This document shows positions 49,006 through 63,079 of a stretch of 64,000 nucleotides of DNA, piece after piece. Location of the stretch: NCBI GenBank assembly GCA_046563655.1, contig CM102289.1:6820001-6884000 (forward strand), read 5' to 3'. The notes beneath the pieces are model-generated. The model did no database searches and was not told the origin of the DNA. It worked only from the letters and a program-made list of their open reading frames with translations. Position 1 is the stretch's first letter. Each line of letters begins with the position of its first letter. Source of the stretch: Yuukianura sp. NJ FZ-2021 (taxonomy: Eukaryota). Position numbers and translations under genes: made by a program.

Positions 49006-52000
49006 ATGGAACATCTTTCACCTTCTCCTACATTTCTAACAGGGTAAGCTTTCCCGATGGGAAAAAAGAAAAACCGAAAACAATAATGATGCGAAACTAT
49101 TTTAATACTTCCTTTTGTTGTAAGTTAACAATACTTTGTAATTGTAACGTTCCAAAAGTTTACTTGCGTGTAAGCAACTTTTTGTTCCTGAAATTAAAAT
49201 CAGTATCTAAACTGTGGTGCATGACACAGGCAGGATAACTTTGGGTATGAAAACGAAGTAAATCCAGAAGGAAGACGTTCTGCCACTTCCAATGGAGTGC
49301 CCAGACGTCCAAACGGCACTGAAGGAAGTAGAACTGGGACGCCGTCGAATTCAACCGGGGCAGCCACAGCAGTTATTAGTGACAGTGAAGATTCTGTTGA
49401 TTTTGTTTCAAATGGCAGCAGTGGTAAAGACGGAAAATACTTGCGGACAGCAATTCGAGTTGAAAGGGCCAAGAAGAAATTTGGAAATTTGACTGTTTTA
49501 AATGGACTTTATATGACAGTGCAAGAAGGCACAATGTAAGTTTTTATAATTTTTTTAAATGATAAACCTAGCCTAACCTTTGTTACTTTAAGAGAGTTTG
49601 TAGCTTTACTTGCATAAAAACTTAGTCATAAAACCATGCAAACTTGTTTGTGCATCTTATTTCAAGGTCACTTTTTTACTGGTTTGTTGCAGATATGGCT
49701 TATTGGGCTCAAGCGGTTGTGGAAAAACAACAATTCTGTCTGCCATTGTTGGCCTTCGGCGTCTAGATGAAGGAAGAATTTCAATTTTTGGTAAAACTCC
49801 GGGAACGCGAGAATGCGGCGTTCCTGGACGGCTTGTTGGATACATGCCCCAGGTAAAGTGTTTTTAGCGCATACGCAGATTTAAAAAAACGTTAAGAGTT
49901 TAAGAACTAGTTGGTGACGGTGGCGGTTCGTAATTTGCGAAAACTTTCTTTGAAAAAAATGGCTTCGTTTTTGTTTAATTTGCAAAAAAATTTCGTGCAT
50001 AAAGTTTGCTAATTTCTTTCAGGAAATTGCACTTAATGGTGAATTTACGATGCTGGAGGTTTGTCAGTACTTTGGGCGGTTGTATGGCATGGACATGGAA
50101 CGAGTCAACGAAAGAGTTGAGTACTTAGTAAATCTTCTGGATTTGAAAAAGTGCCGAGGACAACTGGGCAACTTCAGGTGAAAATTTATTAAAGCTGAAA
50201 CCAGTTTTCATTTCAATTTAAAATTCACAAAAAAAATGGAGCCAATCAATGGTTGCAAATTCTTCTAATTTTTGTTACTAATGCACTTTTTGATTTCTTT
50301 TAATTTTGAAATATTTGACTCTAATGAAGTGGTGGCCAAAAACGTCGAGTATCATTTTTGGTGGCTCTGCTGCATGAACCAGAAATTCTAATCCTTGACG
50401 AACCCACTGTCGGGGTGGATCCTATACTTCGTGCAAAGTAATTCCCAAAATTTATGAAGTATGCTTTCGTTATAAATTTTTCCTTGAAGACGTAATTGTT
50501 GTCACCATAATCTTTGTAGAATTTGGAACCACATTCGTGAACTCACTGATACTTATGGGACAACCGTGATATTAACAACGCACTACATCGAAGAAATGCG
50601 CCAAGCAGAAAGGGTAAAGTTCACTTTAGATTTTTTCGTATTTTTTTAAAACTTGTTTTCTAAAAATGTTGATTATCTTGTTCATAGGTTGGGATAATGA
50701 GGGGCGGCCATTTGATGGCAGAGGCGTCCCCCGAAACTTTGATGGCTTTCCACAAAGCAAAAATGCTTGAAGAAGTTGTGCTAAAATACTGTTTAACGGA
50801 TAAAGCCGAGGATAACCGAATGTTGAGGTCTGCTCCTCCTAGGAAAAACACAATTTCCTTTGAAAGTGAATACGGCGCGCGAAATTCTGAGGACACCGGA
50901 AAAGGACAACTGCAACAGCCGTCACAGGATGATCGTCGTGGACTTACTCTACCACCACCATACGTTCCTGCCAAACACAATGACACGGACCAGCTGAACA
51001 GACTTTGGGCATTAACGACAAAAAATGTCATTGTGCTTCTGCGAAACGTTGGGTAACAACTGTACAAAGAGAAACTTTGCTTCTTCTGCGTTTATACTTC
51101 TTTGAAGAAAATGTACAATTTTGTTTGTTGTTACAGATTTGTTTTGTTCTTGCTCGTTGTTCCGTCTGTGATTGTTTCGTTCTTCGCCATCGCTATTGGA
51201 AAAGAGCCGAAAAATCTTGGAATGGGCTTTGTTAGTGAAGAACTTTCTTCCCTTGATTTCTGCGACAAAGCTCCGCCAATATCTTGTGCACCAGAACATC
51301 TGAGTTGTGGCTACTTTGACACTTTAGCAAGCTTCAACGTGTTCGATCTGGTAAGATTCTAAAATTTAAGAAAGAAACATACTTTAGTTTATTTAGTTCA
51401 TGATTTTTTAATATTTTTAGCACAAATACAACACTGTAGGTGAAGCTATTGCGGATGTGGATAAACAAGTAGTGTGGGGCTATGTCCATTTTTCACAAAA
51501 CTATTCGCAGTACACCTTTAACCGAACATTGAGACACGACTTGTCGAATGCAACTATTGAAGGATCCAAAATTCGTGTTCGGTTGGACATGTCCAGTAAG
51601 ACAATATTTTGACCGTTGTAGGTTCTAAAAAAAATAACTTCAAAACTTGATATTTTTTGCTTTCACCAGCTATTCTAACGGGAGCTTTAATGAAAAAATT
51701 GATATACGATGCTTACCGTGCTTTCTCTGTGAAGTTTTTGACACTCTGTCAAGTGGAGTTGACAGGAAGAGATCTTCCAGTTGAAGTAACTAACAAATGC
51801 ACACTCAAAATTTAATAAATTTTTAATCTCATTCGCATAATAATTCATATTAATTCATATCTTTCCATTTTGCAGTTTGAAGAACCAATCTACGGCGAAG
51901 AAAATGGTACATTTACAGGCTTTATCATTCCTGGGCTCGTTGTTGGGTTTCTACCATTTTTTAGCTGCGTCAGTTGCATCCTGTCGTACATAATTGAGAA

Positions 52001-52663
52001 GAAGGATGGAATGATCGACAGGTCAAAGGTCGCAGGGGTCACTGCTTTTGATGTCATTCTGTCCCATGCCATTCCGCAGTTTGGAATTGCAATTAGCCAA
52101 ATTCTACTAACTTTTATCATCATGTATTTCGTTGACATACCATTAAACATTGGAAATCCGTTTCTCGCCTTCTCCCTCACTCTCTTCTGCACAGTTGTTG
52201 GAATGTGCATGGGTAGGTCAATAAATAAATCAAAATAAATACTAAAAAATGAATTCGAAATTTGCTTCCATTTAAACAGGCTTTGCAGCAGCAGAAATTT
52301 TTGATGAAGAGAAGAATGCCATGTTGTTCGCAATGGCAGCTTTGTTTCCTAGTTTCGTGCTCGCCGGAATATTTTGGCCACTTGAAAGTAAAACTTTTGC
52401 AACATATAATTTCTTATAGCGCATAAAAATTAAAATTGAGTTTGCTAAAACTTCTTAACACTTTGTTTTCAGGCATCCCACAGTCCATACGGTATGTCAG
52501 TTACTTTCTGCCAGCAACAATGCCAGGGAAAAGCATCCGCTCAATTTTATACCGCGGATGGGGACTGTCCAACTCTGCAGTTTACATGGGATTTGTTTCT
52601 CAAGTTGCCTTCATCTTATTCTACATTGCTTTGACATTTGTCGTCCATAAGATTAAGAAGTAA
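49006..52663 (+). CDS. ABC transporter subfamily H (ABCH) half transporter, copy 1; 13 exons
   Basis: NBD-then-TMD order. Walker [26 protein letters not shown], signature [11 protein letters not shown], Walker [14 protein letters not shown]-loop TTHYIEE. ABC2-type TMD (IYG...FIIPG, WPLE, RGWGL). First exon ATGGAACAT...ACAGG|gtaag. Confidence 0.92.
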
Positions 52664-54085
52664 CAACTAACAAAAAAAAATACCTCGGCAATACTTCAAA
52701 TTATGGAACAATTTCAGAACCATTTTTGGTGACATTCAATCAAGTGAACAATCGAAGTGAAAGGGAGGTTGTTCAATATATTTTATTTAGTAAAATACTG
52801 GAAGTCTGCGATATAAAATGTTAACTTACTCACAAAACTTTAGGCAAGTACTGAATGCGTTGTTCAAAAACAAAATAAATACTTAAACTGTATAATAACA
52901 AAGTTGGCAAAACTCAATTTGTTGGTAAATTAATTGTACGACTACAATTGATTAAATAGACAGTTACTACTGAAATTCAGCACATACAGAAAACATCATA
53001 TGAAAACAAAGAAACGTAAATTAATTAATTACTTTTAGCTATTTCAAAAACTAAAACTTGATCTTAATCTCGTATACTTAATTTGAACATGGCATGATGT
53101 ACAAAAAAAGGACATGTATTAACTATGCGAAAATGAAACGCGTTACTACGATGGTCCACGTGACAAAATTGGCGACTCTTGGAAAATAAAATAAAACGAA
53201 GCTTAAGAAACAAAGTCTACAAAAAGCTTACAATTTTGATTAAATATTGACAGTTGAATTGAATAGTAACTGTTGTCCGATGAGAATTAGGTTACTCATT
53301 AGGAATTTCATACGGGTTGAATAACACATTAGTGTAGCTTATATCCACATCAAAGTCGTAATACGCTCAGATTATGTTTTCGAAAGCAACAGTGGATAAA
53401 ATCTACATGGCCGATTTGCTTCCGCGATTTCATTTTTTTTAAAAGCGTAACGCTTGTAGCGTTCTGGGGTGGGAATTTTTTCGCGCGTGTTTTGTCCATG
53501 ATTTCCAACATGTGAAAGTCAAACTGTAGAGGCAATGGTTTTATTAACATGTCCATAGCCTTTTGAAGTTCGCGATTTTGAATTTTGTTTTCAATTTCGT
53601 CAACTCCCCAGCAGTTTCACGCGTAACTGATTCCAAGGATACCAAGGTCAGCGGCTAAAGTAACTTATGATTTAGGGAGGAGTAACTAGTTGTTCAAGAC
53701 TAAATATCGAAGCAATTTAAAATAATGAAAGGCTTTTTCTAATTTTAATTGATTATGGCATTAATTGAACATTCTCGCTCATCACCAGCTTTAGCTCCAC
53801 AAATTAACAAAATTTCGACTTGTTACTATAATCAGCTAAATACAAAAAAATATTTTTTGTATAGCATTTTCTTGTGCTCGTCGCACTCACAATCCTCTTT
53901 TGCGAGTTACAATTTATGACCATTCTCTGCAAAACCGGTTTTTCATTATAAATTGAAATAAAAAGAGAATAAGCTTAAGCAAAGGAAGGGTATAGTAATT
54001 AGTTACCTTAAAAGCAGCATGCAATAAGGTTTAGTTCTCAACATTATTGTGTGACTGGCTGGTCAGAAACGACAATTGGCACAAG

Positions 54086-57000
54086 ATGGAACATCTAACA
54101 CCGTCTCATACAATTCCGACAGGGTAAGTTTTCCCAATGGGAAAATTTAAAGGAAAACCGAAAACTATAATGACGGGAAATAATTTTAATAGTTCCTCCT
54201 TTTTGTTGTAAGATGACAAGGCCATGTAATTATAGCGTTCTAAGTTCGCGTTCTAAGTTTAGTTGCGTGTGTAGGATATATTTTATGAAATTGAGGTCAT
54301 TATCTAACTCTGTGGCTTGAAACAGGCATGAAAACTTTGGGTACGAAAATGAAGTGAATGCAGAAGGAAGAATTTCTGCCAATTCCAATGGAAAGCCCAG
54401 TCGTCCAGACGGAACTGACGGAAGTAGAACTGGAACGCCGTCGAGCTCAAACGGAGCAGCGACGGCAGTTATGAGTGACAGTGAAGATTCTGTTGGTCTT
54501 GTTTCAAATGGAGGCGGCAGTGGTAAAAGCGGAAAATACTTGCGGACAGCAATTCGCGTTGAAGGGGCCAAGCAGAAATTTGGAAACTTGACTGTTTTAA
54601 ATGGACTTTGTATGACAGTGCAAGAAGGCACAATGTAAGTTTTTATCATTTTTGAAATGATAAACCTACCCTAACCTTTTTAAACTTAAGAGAGTTTGTA
54701 GCTTTTATTGAGGAAAAGCTTAAAACTTTCTTGTCACATGAAGGCAAACTTGTTCCTTCATCTTATTTCAATGTCACTTTTTTACTGGTTTGTTGCAGTT
54801 ATGGCTTATTGGGCTCAAGCGGTTGTGGAAAAACAACAATTCTGTCGGCCATTGTTGGCCTTCGTCGTCTAGACGCAGGAAGAATTTCAATTTTTGGCAA
54901 AACTCCGGGAACTCGGGAATGCGGAGTTCCTGGACGGCTTGTGGGGTACATGCCCCAGGTAAAGTGTTTTTAGCGCATGCGCAGATTCAAGAGACTTAAT
55001 TTGTCGTTAAGGGTTGATGATTTTTTTGCTCATGCGCAGATTGAAAAGAGCTTTAGGCGTTAAGAGTTTATGGGTTAAATAGTTGGTGACGGTTCGTAAT
55101 TTGCGAAATCTTTCTTTGCGAAAAATGACTTTGTTTTTGTTTAATTTGCAAAAAATTTCTGTTCGTGAAAAGTTTGCTATTTCTTTCAGGAAATTGCACT
55201 TAATGGTGAATTTACGATGCTGGAGGTTTGTCAGTACTTTGGGCGGTTGTATGGTATGGACATGGAACGAGTTAGCGAAAGAGTTGAGTATTTAGTAAAT
55301 CTACTGGATTTGAGAAAGTGCCGAGGACAATTGGGCAACTTCAGGTAAAAATTTATTAAAGCTGAAACCAGTTTTCAATTAAAAATCCACAAAAAAATCG
55401 AGCCAATCAGTGGGTGTAAATTCTTTTAATTATTGTTACTAATGAACTTGTTGATTTCTTTTAATTTTGAAATATTTGACGCTAATGAAGTGGTGGCCAA
55501 AAGCGTCGAGCATCATTTTTGGTGGCTCTGCTGCATGAACCAGAAATTTTAATCCTTGACGAACCCACTGTCGGGGTGGATCCAATTCTTCGTGCAAAGT
55601 AATTTCCAAAATTTATGCAATGTTGTATTTTGTGTGCAAATTTTTTTCCAGAAGATGTAATATGTGTCACTATAATCTTTGTAGAATTTGGAATCACATT
55701 CGTGAACTCAGTGATAATTGTGGGACAACCGTGATATTAACTACCCACTACATCGAAGAAATGCGCCAAGCAGAGAGGGTAAAGTCGACTTGAAATTTTT
55801 TCTTACTTTTTTAAAACTTGTTTCTAAAAATGAAAATGTTGATTATCATGTCCAAAGGTTGGCATAATGAGGGGTGGCCATTTGATGGCAGAGGCGTCAC
55901 CCGAAAGTTTATTGGCTTTCCACAAAGCCAAAATGCTTGAAGAAGTTGTGCTAAAATACTGTTTAACGGATAAAGCCGAAGATAGCCGAATGACGAAGTC
56001 TCCTCCACAAAAAAACACAATTTCCTTTGAAAATGAATATGTGATGCGAAAATCTGAAAACGGAAATGTGCAACAGACTTCATGGGATGGTCGTCACGAA
56101 AACTCTCCATACGTTTCCCCCAAACACAATGACACGGACCAGCTAAACAGACTTTGGGCACTGACTACCAAAAATGTCATTGTGCTTTTGCGCAACGTTG
56201 GGTAACAACTGTACAAAGAGAAACTTCGCTTCTTCTGAGTTTACTTCTTTGAAGAAAATGTACAATTTTGTTTGTTGTTACAGATTTCTTTTGTTCTTAC
56301 TCGTCGTGCCGTCTGTGATTGTTGCGTTTTTTGCAATCGCCATTGGAAAAACGCCAGAAAATCTTGGACTGGGATTCGTTAGTGAAGAACTTTCTTCGCT
56401 TGATTTCTGCGACAAAGCTCCGCCAATGTCTTGTGCACCCGAGCACCTTAGTTGTGGCTACTTTGACATTTTGGCGAGTTTTAACGTCTTCGATCTGGTA
56501 ACATTCTTAAATTTAAAAAAAACAAGCCATTTTTTACAACTTATTCAACTTTTCTTTTGCTTTTTAGCACAAATACAAGACTGTAGGCGAGGCTATTGCG
56601 GATGTGGATAAACAAATAGTATGGGGCTATGTCCATTTTTCACCAAACTATTCGCAGTACACTTTTAACCGAACATTGAGACACGACTTGTCGAATGCAA
56701 CTATTGAAGGATCCAAAATTCGTGTTCGGTTGGACATGTCAAGTAAGACAACATTTTAACCGTTTTGTTCTAGAAAAAAAAACTTAAAAATTTGACATTT
56801 CTGATTTTCAAACAGCAATTACGACCGGAACTATAATGAAAAAATTGATATATGATGCTTACCGAGCTTTCTCTTCGAAGTTTCTCACACTTTGTCAGGT
56901 GGATTTGACAGGAAGAGATCTTCCAGTTGAGGTAATTAACGAAGGAATATTTCCAATTTAAACCTGTCGTAAAGTTTTTCAACACAGTCGTATTCTGTAT

Positions 57001-58036
57001 GTCACAAAATATTTTATACAGTCGTTTCGGTTGCTAGCGCCTGAAAAAAAGTGGCTTGAACCCACATCTCCGTGCCAAAATAAATAGAAAAAATAATTTT
57101 TATATGAAATTCTTAACACAAATCAAGTTTAGGATGTTATATAAGATCCTTGAATTCGACGGCAGGTTGGGAAGGTTCCTTCTAAATATGCACACATTTA
57201 TACATAATAATACATTTTATTAATCTCAATTTATATACATTTTTCGTTTCCTAGTTTGAACAACCAATCTACGGCGAAGAAAATGGAAAATTCACCAACT
57301 TCGTCATTCCTGGGATCGTTGTTGGGTTTCTACCATTTTTTAGCTGCGTCAGTTGCATCCTGTCGTACATAATTGAGAAGAAGGATGGAATGATCGACAG
57401 GTCAAAGGTCGCAGGGGTCACTGCTTTTGATGTCATTCTGTCCCATGCCATTCCGCAGCTAGGAATTGCCATTTCACAAATTCTACTAACATTTATCATC
57501 ATGTATTTCCTTAACGTACCGCTGGACATCGGGAATCCGTTTCTCGCCTTCTTACTGACTTTCTTCTGCACTGTTGTTGGAATGTGCATGGGTAAAAGTC
57601 AATTCTCAAAAAATAATACATTAGTAATACAAACTAAGTATTAAAAATGAAATCGAGCTTCCTTTTGAACAGGCTTTGCAGCAGCAGAAATTTTTGATGA
57701 AGAGAAGAACGCTATGTTATTTGCAATGGCAGCTTTGTTTCCAAGTTTTCTCCTTTCCGGACTTCTTTGGCCACTTGAAAGTAACATTTTTAACATAATT
57801 TATCGTACAACGTAAATAATGTTACATCTGAAAATTTTTTTCCAGGCGTCCCACGCACGCTACGGTATGTGAGTTACTTTCTGCCCGCAACAATGCCAGG
57901 AGAAAGTATCCGTGCAATTATGTTCCGCGGATGGGGACTGTCCTACTTTGCAGTTTACATGGGATTTGTCTCTCAAGTGGCCTTCGTCATGTTCTTTATT
58001 GCTTTGACATTTGCCGTCCATAAGATTAGGAAGTAA
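54086..58036 (+). CDS. ABCH half transporter, copy 2; 13 exons
   Basis: Same motifs and exon structure as copy 1. ATG at 54086, TAA at 58034-58036. Confidence 0.92.
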
Positions 58037-59045
58037 GAGCTAACTTATAAAAAATAAGTACCTACGCTTCGCTTCAAATTATGAAATAATTTCAGAACCA
58101 ATGTTTGGTAACATTGAATCAAGAGATAGCATCATCGCAGCGAAAATTTGGTTGTATAATAATACTTTTAATTTTAGTAAAACAATGCATGGAAGTCTGC
58201 GATATTAATGTTAACTAAGTCACAAAGCTTTAAACAAGAACTGAACTAATAATAATAATACAAATGGAAATGAATAATATTTACTATACAACGCATCATA
58301 AACTTGACTTGAATTTGCTTATAATTAACTGTAATGGTACAATTATTGCTCGTATAATAATAATACAATAATACGTCTGTAATAATATACAGTTTACTAC
58401 TGAGATTCGGCCCATAAGCTGTAATTATGTTTATTCTCAAACATACTGCGAGTATAGTAAGAAACAAGGCTTACGGAAAATTTTTGTTGATGGCGGGAAA
58501 CTTGTTCCAGTTTTTCAGACTTTACTTTCAACGGGAGGACAAGACACAAGAAGCATTACTTGAATTACTTTTTATAATCTCATACCTAATTTCATCTTGA
58601 GTTTTGTTATTGTAAGCCAGGTATTCATGCGAAGTCTGTTTAGTAAGCAAAACTTTGCTCCCATTCCTGCGTGGTGACATTTATCCTTTTACCTCCACCG
58701 TTGACCTTTGACATTTTTGTTTGCAGAACAGCCGTGTAGCATGCTTCACATATCGTTCGGAATAGGAGTGCAATTTCTGAAGGTGCCACTCGAAAAATCA
58801 ATATCAAGAACTGCACAGTAAAAAAAAATTGAACAATAGTTGCGTGTGTGCGATTTTTTCCTCAAACGGAGGTCATTATCTAAACTATTGCGTGATACGG
58901 GCATGCTAACTTTGGGTATGAAAATGAACTGAATCCAGAAGGAAGAATTTCTGCCAATTCCAATGGAATACCCAGTCGTCCAGACGGCACTGACGGAAGT
59001 AGAACTGGAACGCCGTCGAGCTCAAACGGAGCAGCGACGGCAGTT

Positions 59046-62000
59046 ATGAGTGACAGTGAAGATTCTGTTGGTCTTGTTTCAAATGGTGGCGGCAGTAGTG
59101 TTAAAGACGGAAAATACTTGCGGACAGCAATTCGAGTTGAAGGGGCCAAGAAGAAATTTGGAAAATTGACTGTTTTAAATGAACTTTGTATGACAGTTCA
59201 AGAAGGCACAATGTAAGTTTTGATCATTTTTTGAAATGATAAATATACCCTAACCTTTGCTAATTTAAGAGCGTTTGTTGCTTTCCTTGCCGTAAAGACC
59301 GTAAAACAAAATGAGACATTTTTGTGCCTTTATTTCAATGTCATTTTTACTGGTTTTTTACAGTTATGGCTTATTGGGCTCAAGCGGTTGTGGGAAAACA
59401 ACAATTCTGTCTGCCATTGTTGGCCTTCGTCGTCTAGATGAAGGAAGAATTTCAATTTTTGGTAAAACTCCGGGAACGCGAGAATGCGGCGTTCCTGGAC
59501 GGCTTGTGGGGTACATGCCCCAGGTAAAGTGTTTTAGCGCATGCGTAGATTCAAGCGACTTAATTTGGCGTTAAGGGTTTATGGGCTAATGTTGGTGGCG
59601 GTTTAGAATTTGGAAGTCTTTGTTCTACCAAAATGCCTTTGTTTTTGCTTAATTTTTCAGAAATTTCTGCGAATTTCAAACATTTGCATTTCGTTTCAGG
59701 AAGTTGCACTCAACGGTGAATTTACGATGCTGGAAGTTTGTCAGTACTTTGGGCGGTTATATGGTATGGACAAGGCAAGAGTCAATAAAAGAGTTGAGTA
59801 TTTAGTAAATCTTCTGGATTTGAAAGAATGCCGAGGACAACTGGGCAACTTCAGGTGAAAATTTTTTTAAACCAAAACCCAGTTGTCAATTTTAAAATTC
59901 ACAAAAAATGAAAGCACGCAATAGTTGAAAATATTTCCATTTTTGGTACTAATGAACTTGTTTATGTCTTTTAATTATGAAATATTTGACACTAATGAAA
60001 TGAAGTGGTGGCCAAAAGCGTCGAACGTCATTTTTAGTGGCTCTGCTGCATGAACCAGAAATTTTAATTCTTGACGAACCCACTGTCGGGGTGGATCCAA
60101 TTCTTCGTGCAAAGTAATTTCCAAAATTTATGCAATTTCTTACTTTCTGTGCAAATTTTTCGCGGAAAATGTAATTTTTGTCACCCTAATTTTTGTAGAA
60201 TTTGGAATCACATTCGTGAACTCACTGATAATTGTGGGACAACCGTCATTTTGACAACCCACTACATCGAAGAAATGCGCCAAGCAGAGAGGGTAAAGTT
60301 CACTTGAGATATTTTCGTGCTTTTTAAAACTTGTCTTCTAAAAATGAAATCTATCATGCTTACAGGTTGGGATAATGAGGGGTGGCCATTTGATGGCTGA
60401 GGCGTCACCTGAAAGTTTATTGGCTTTCCACAAAGCCAAAATGCTTGAAGAAGTTGTGCTAAAATACTGTTTAACGGATAAAGCCGAGGATTCCGTAATG
60501 ATGAACTCCCCTCCGCCTAAAAATACAATTTCCTTTGAAATTGGATATGTCGTGCGAAAATCTGAGGACGCCGGAAACGGAAATCTTCGACCACCGTTAC
60601 TGGATGGTCGTTGCGAAAACTCTCCATACGTTTCCGCCAAACACAATGACACGAACCAGCTGAACAGACTGTGGGCACTGACTACAAAAAATGTCATCGT
60701 GCTTTTGCGCAACGTTGGGTAAAATCTGTACAAAGAGAAATTTTTGATTACTTGCTTAAAGAAAATGTTTTTATTTGTTACAGATTTCTTTTGTTCTTAC
60801 TCGTCGTGCCGTCAGTAATTCTTTTGTTCTTTCCATTCGCAATTGGAAACACGCCGAAAAATCTTGGACTGGGCTTCGTTAGTGAAGAACTTTCTTCGCC
60901 TGATTTCTGCGACAAAGCTCCGCCAATATCTTGTGCACCGAAACACCTTAGTTGTGGCTACTTTGAAATCTTGGCGAGTTTTAACGTCTTCGATCTGGTA
61001 ACATTTTTAAATTTTCAAAAAAAAAAACTAGTCATTTTTTCTGTCAACTTATTTAACTTTTCTTTTACTTTTTAGCACAATTACAACACTGTAGGTGAAG
61101 CTATTGCGGCTGTGGATAGACAAATAGTGTGGGGCTATGTCCATTTTTCACAAAACTATTCGCAGTACACGTTTAATCGAACATTGGGAAACGATTTGTG
61201 TAATGCAACAATTGAGGGATCCAAGATTCGTGTTCGGTTGGACATGTCCAGTAAGCAACATTTTGACCGTTATGTGTATGTTTTAGGGAAAAAAAACTTC
61301 AAGACTTTACTTTCTTTTTGTTTTCTTTCATTTTTCACTTTTTTTTTTACTTTCAAACAGCAATTACGACGGGAGCTTTAATCAAAAAATTGATATTTGA
61401 TGCTTACGGAGCTTTCTCTTTGAAGTTTCTTTCACTTTGTCAAGTTGATTTGACAGGAAGAGAACTTCCAGTCGAAGTAACTAAAAATACAAGTACACAC
61501 AAAATATAGGTAATAAATTGTAAACCTCAATTCATATATATTTTCCATTTTGTAGTTTGAACAACCAATCTACGGCGAAGAAAATGGAAAATTCACCAAC
61601 TTTATCATTCCTGGCGTAGAGGTTGGGTTTCTCCCATTTTTTAGTTGCGTCAGTTGCATCCTGGCGTACATAATTGAGAAGAAGGATGGCATGATCGACA
61701 GGTCAAAGGTCGCAGGGGTCACTGCTTTTGATGTCATTCTGTCCCATGCTATTCCGCAGTTTGGAATTGCCATTACGCAAATTATAATAACTTTCATTAT
61801 CATGTATTTTGCTGGCATACCGATGGACATCGGGAATCCGTTTCTCGCCTTCTTGCTGACTCTCTTCTGCACTGTTGTTGGAATTTGCATGGGTAAGTCA
61901 ATTTTGAAAGAATGATTAGTAATTGAAAATAAATATTTTTGAATCCGAGCTTCCTTTTGAACAGGCTTTGCAGCAGCAGAAATTTTTGATGAAGAGAAGA

Positions 62001-62343
62001 ACGCTATGTTATTTGCAATGGCAGCTTTGTTTCCAAGTTTTCTGCTTTCCGGACTTCTTTGGCCACTTGAAAGTAACATTCTTAACATAACTTCTTAACG
62101 CTTAAAAATTGTAATTCAGTTTACGTTTTACATGTTAACAATTTTTCCCTAGGCGTCCCATACCCACTACGGTATGTCAGTTACTTTCTGCCTGCAACAA
62201 TGCCAGGAGAAAGCATCCGTGCAATTCTGTTCCGCGGATGGGGACTGTCCTACTTTGCAGTTTACATGGGATTTGTCTCTCAAGTGGCCTTCGTCATGTT
62301 CTTTATTGCTTTGACATTTGCCGTCCATAAGATTAGGAAGTAG
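59046..62343 (+). CDS. ABCH half transporter, copy 3; lacks exon 1, so N-terminally truncated (putative start MSDSED) or a young pseudogene
   Basis: Exons 2-13 are present with open frames and intact motifs. The exon-2 acceptor reads atacgg at 58895-58900 instead of acag, and no ATGGAACAT exon or promoter block occurs between 58036 and 58840. Confidence 0.7.
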
Positions 62344-63079
62344 CAAATAACTTTTTTAAAAAAAGCACCTCTAAGCAACTCTAATGTCGCCAGTCTGCGA
62401 CATTAATGTTAGCTAACTCACCAAACTTTAACCAAGAACTGAACTTTTAATACAATATGAAAATAAATACTTAAAAATTATAACATGTAACAAGTTTAGC
62501 CTGAATTTGCTTTATAATTTGATTAATTGGGTAATGGTACATTTAAGATTAATTGTGATACTATAACAATTACTGAAATTGAGAACATATACTATAGCCT
62601 TTGTTCTCTAACACACTCACAGTTATAGGGAACATGGCCTCCGGGCAATTTTTGTTTTGAAGGCGGGAAACATGTTCCTATTTCAGACTTTACTTTCACA
62701 GGGAGACCAAGAAACATAAATTAATTACTTTTAGAGAAATTAAAAACTAAAATTTTAATCTCGTACCTAATTTCATCTTGAACGGAGTCTTTTGACTGTG
62801 TAAGGAAGCTATGGGTGCGAAGTCTGTGTGTAGTAAACAATACTTTGCTCCCATATTTTTGGAAAAGTTTGATGAAGGTTGTGTCGCATTTCAACGGTGG
62901 ATTCGTGACCTTTCTGCTAAAAAAGAAAATGAAAATAAGAAACAAATTCAAAAACGAATTTCAATTGCAGCTGAAGTGCAGGTAAATGTAAAATTTTCAT
63001 ATTTGATTCCTTACTTCAGCCTGGTTGAGCCAAAATCAATGTCGCATAATGTCTGATTTGACCTTGCCGCCAATTATTT

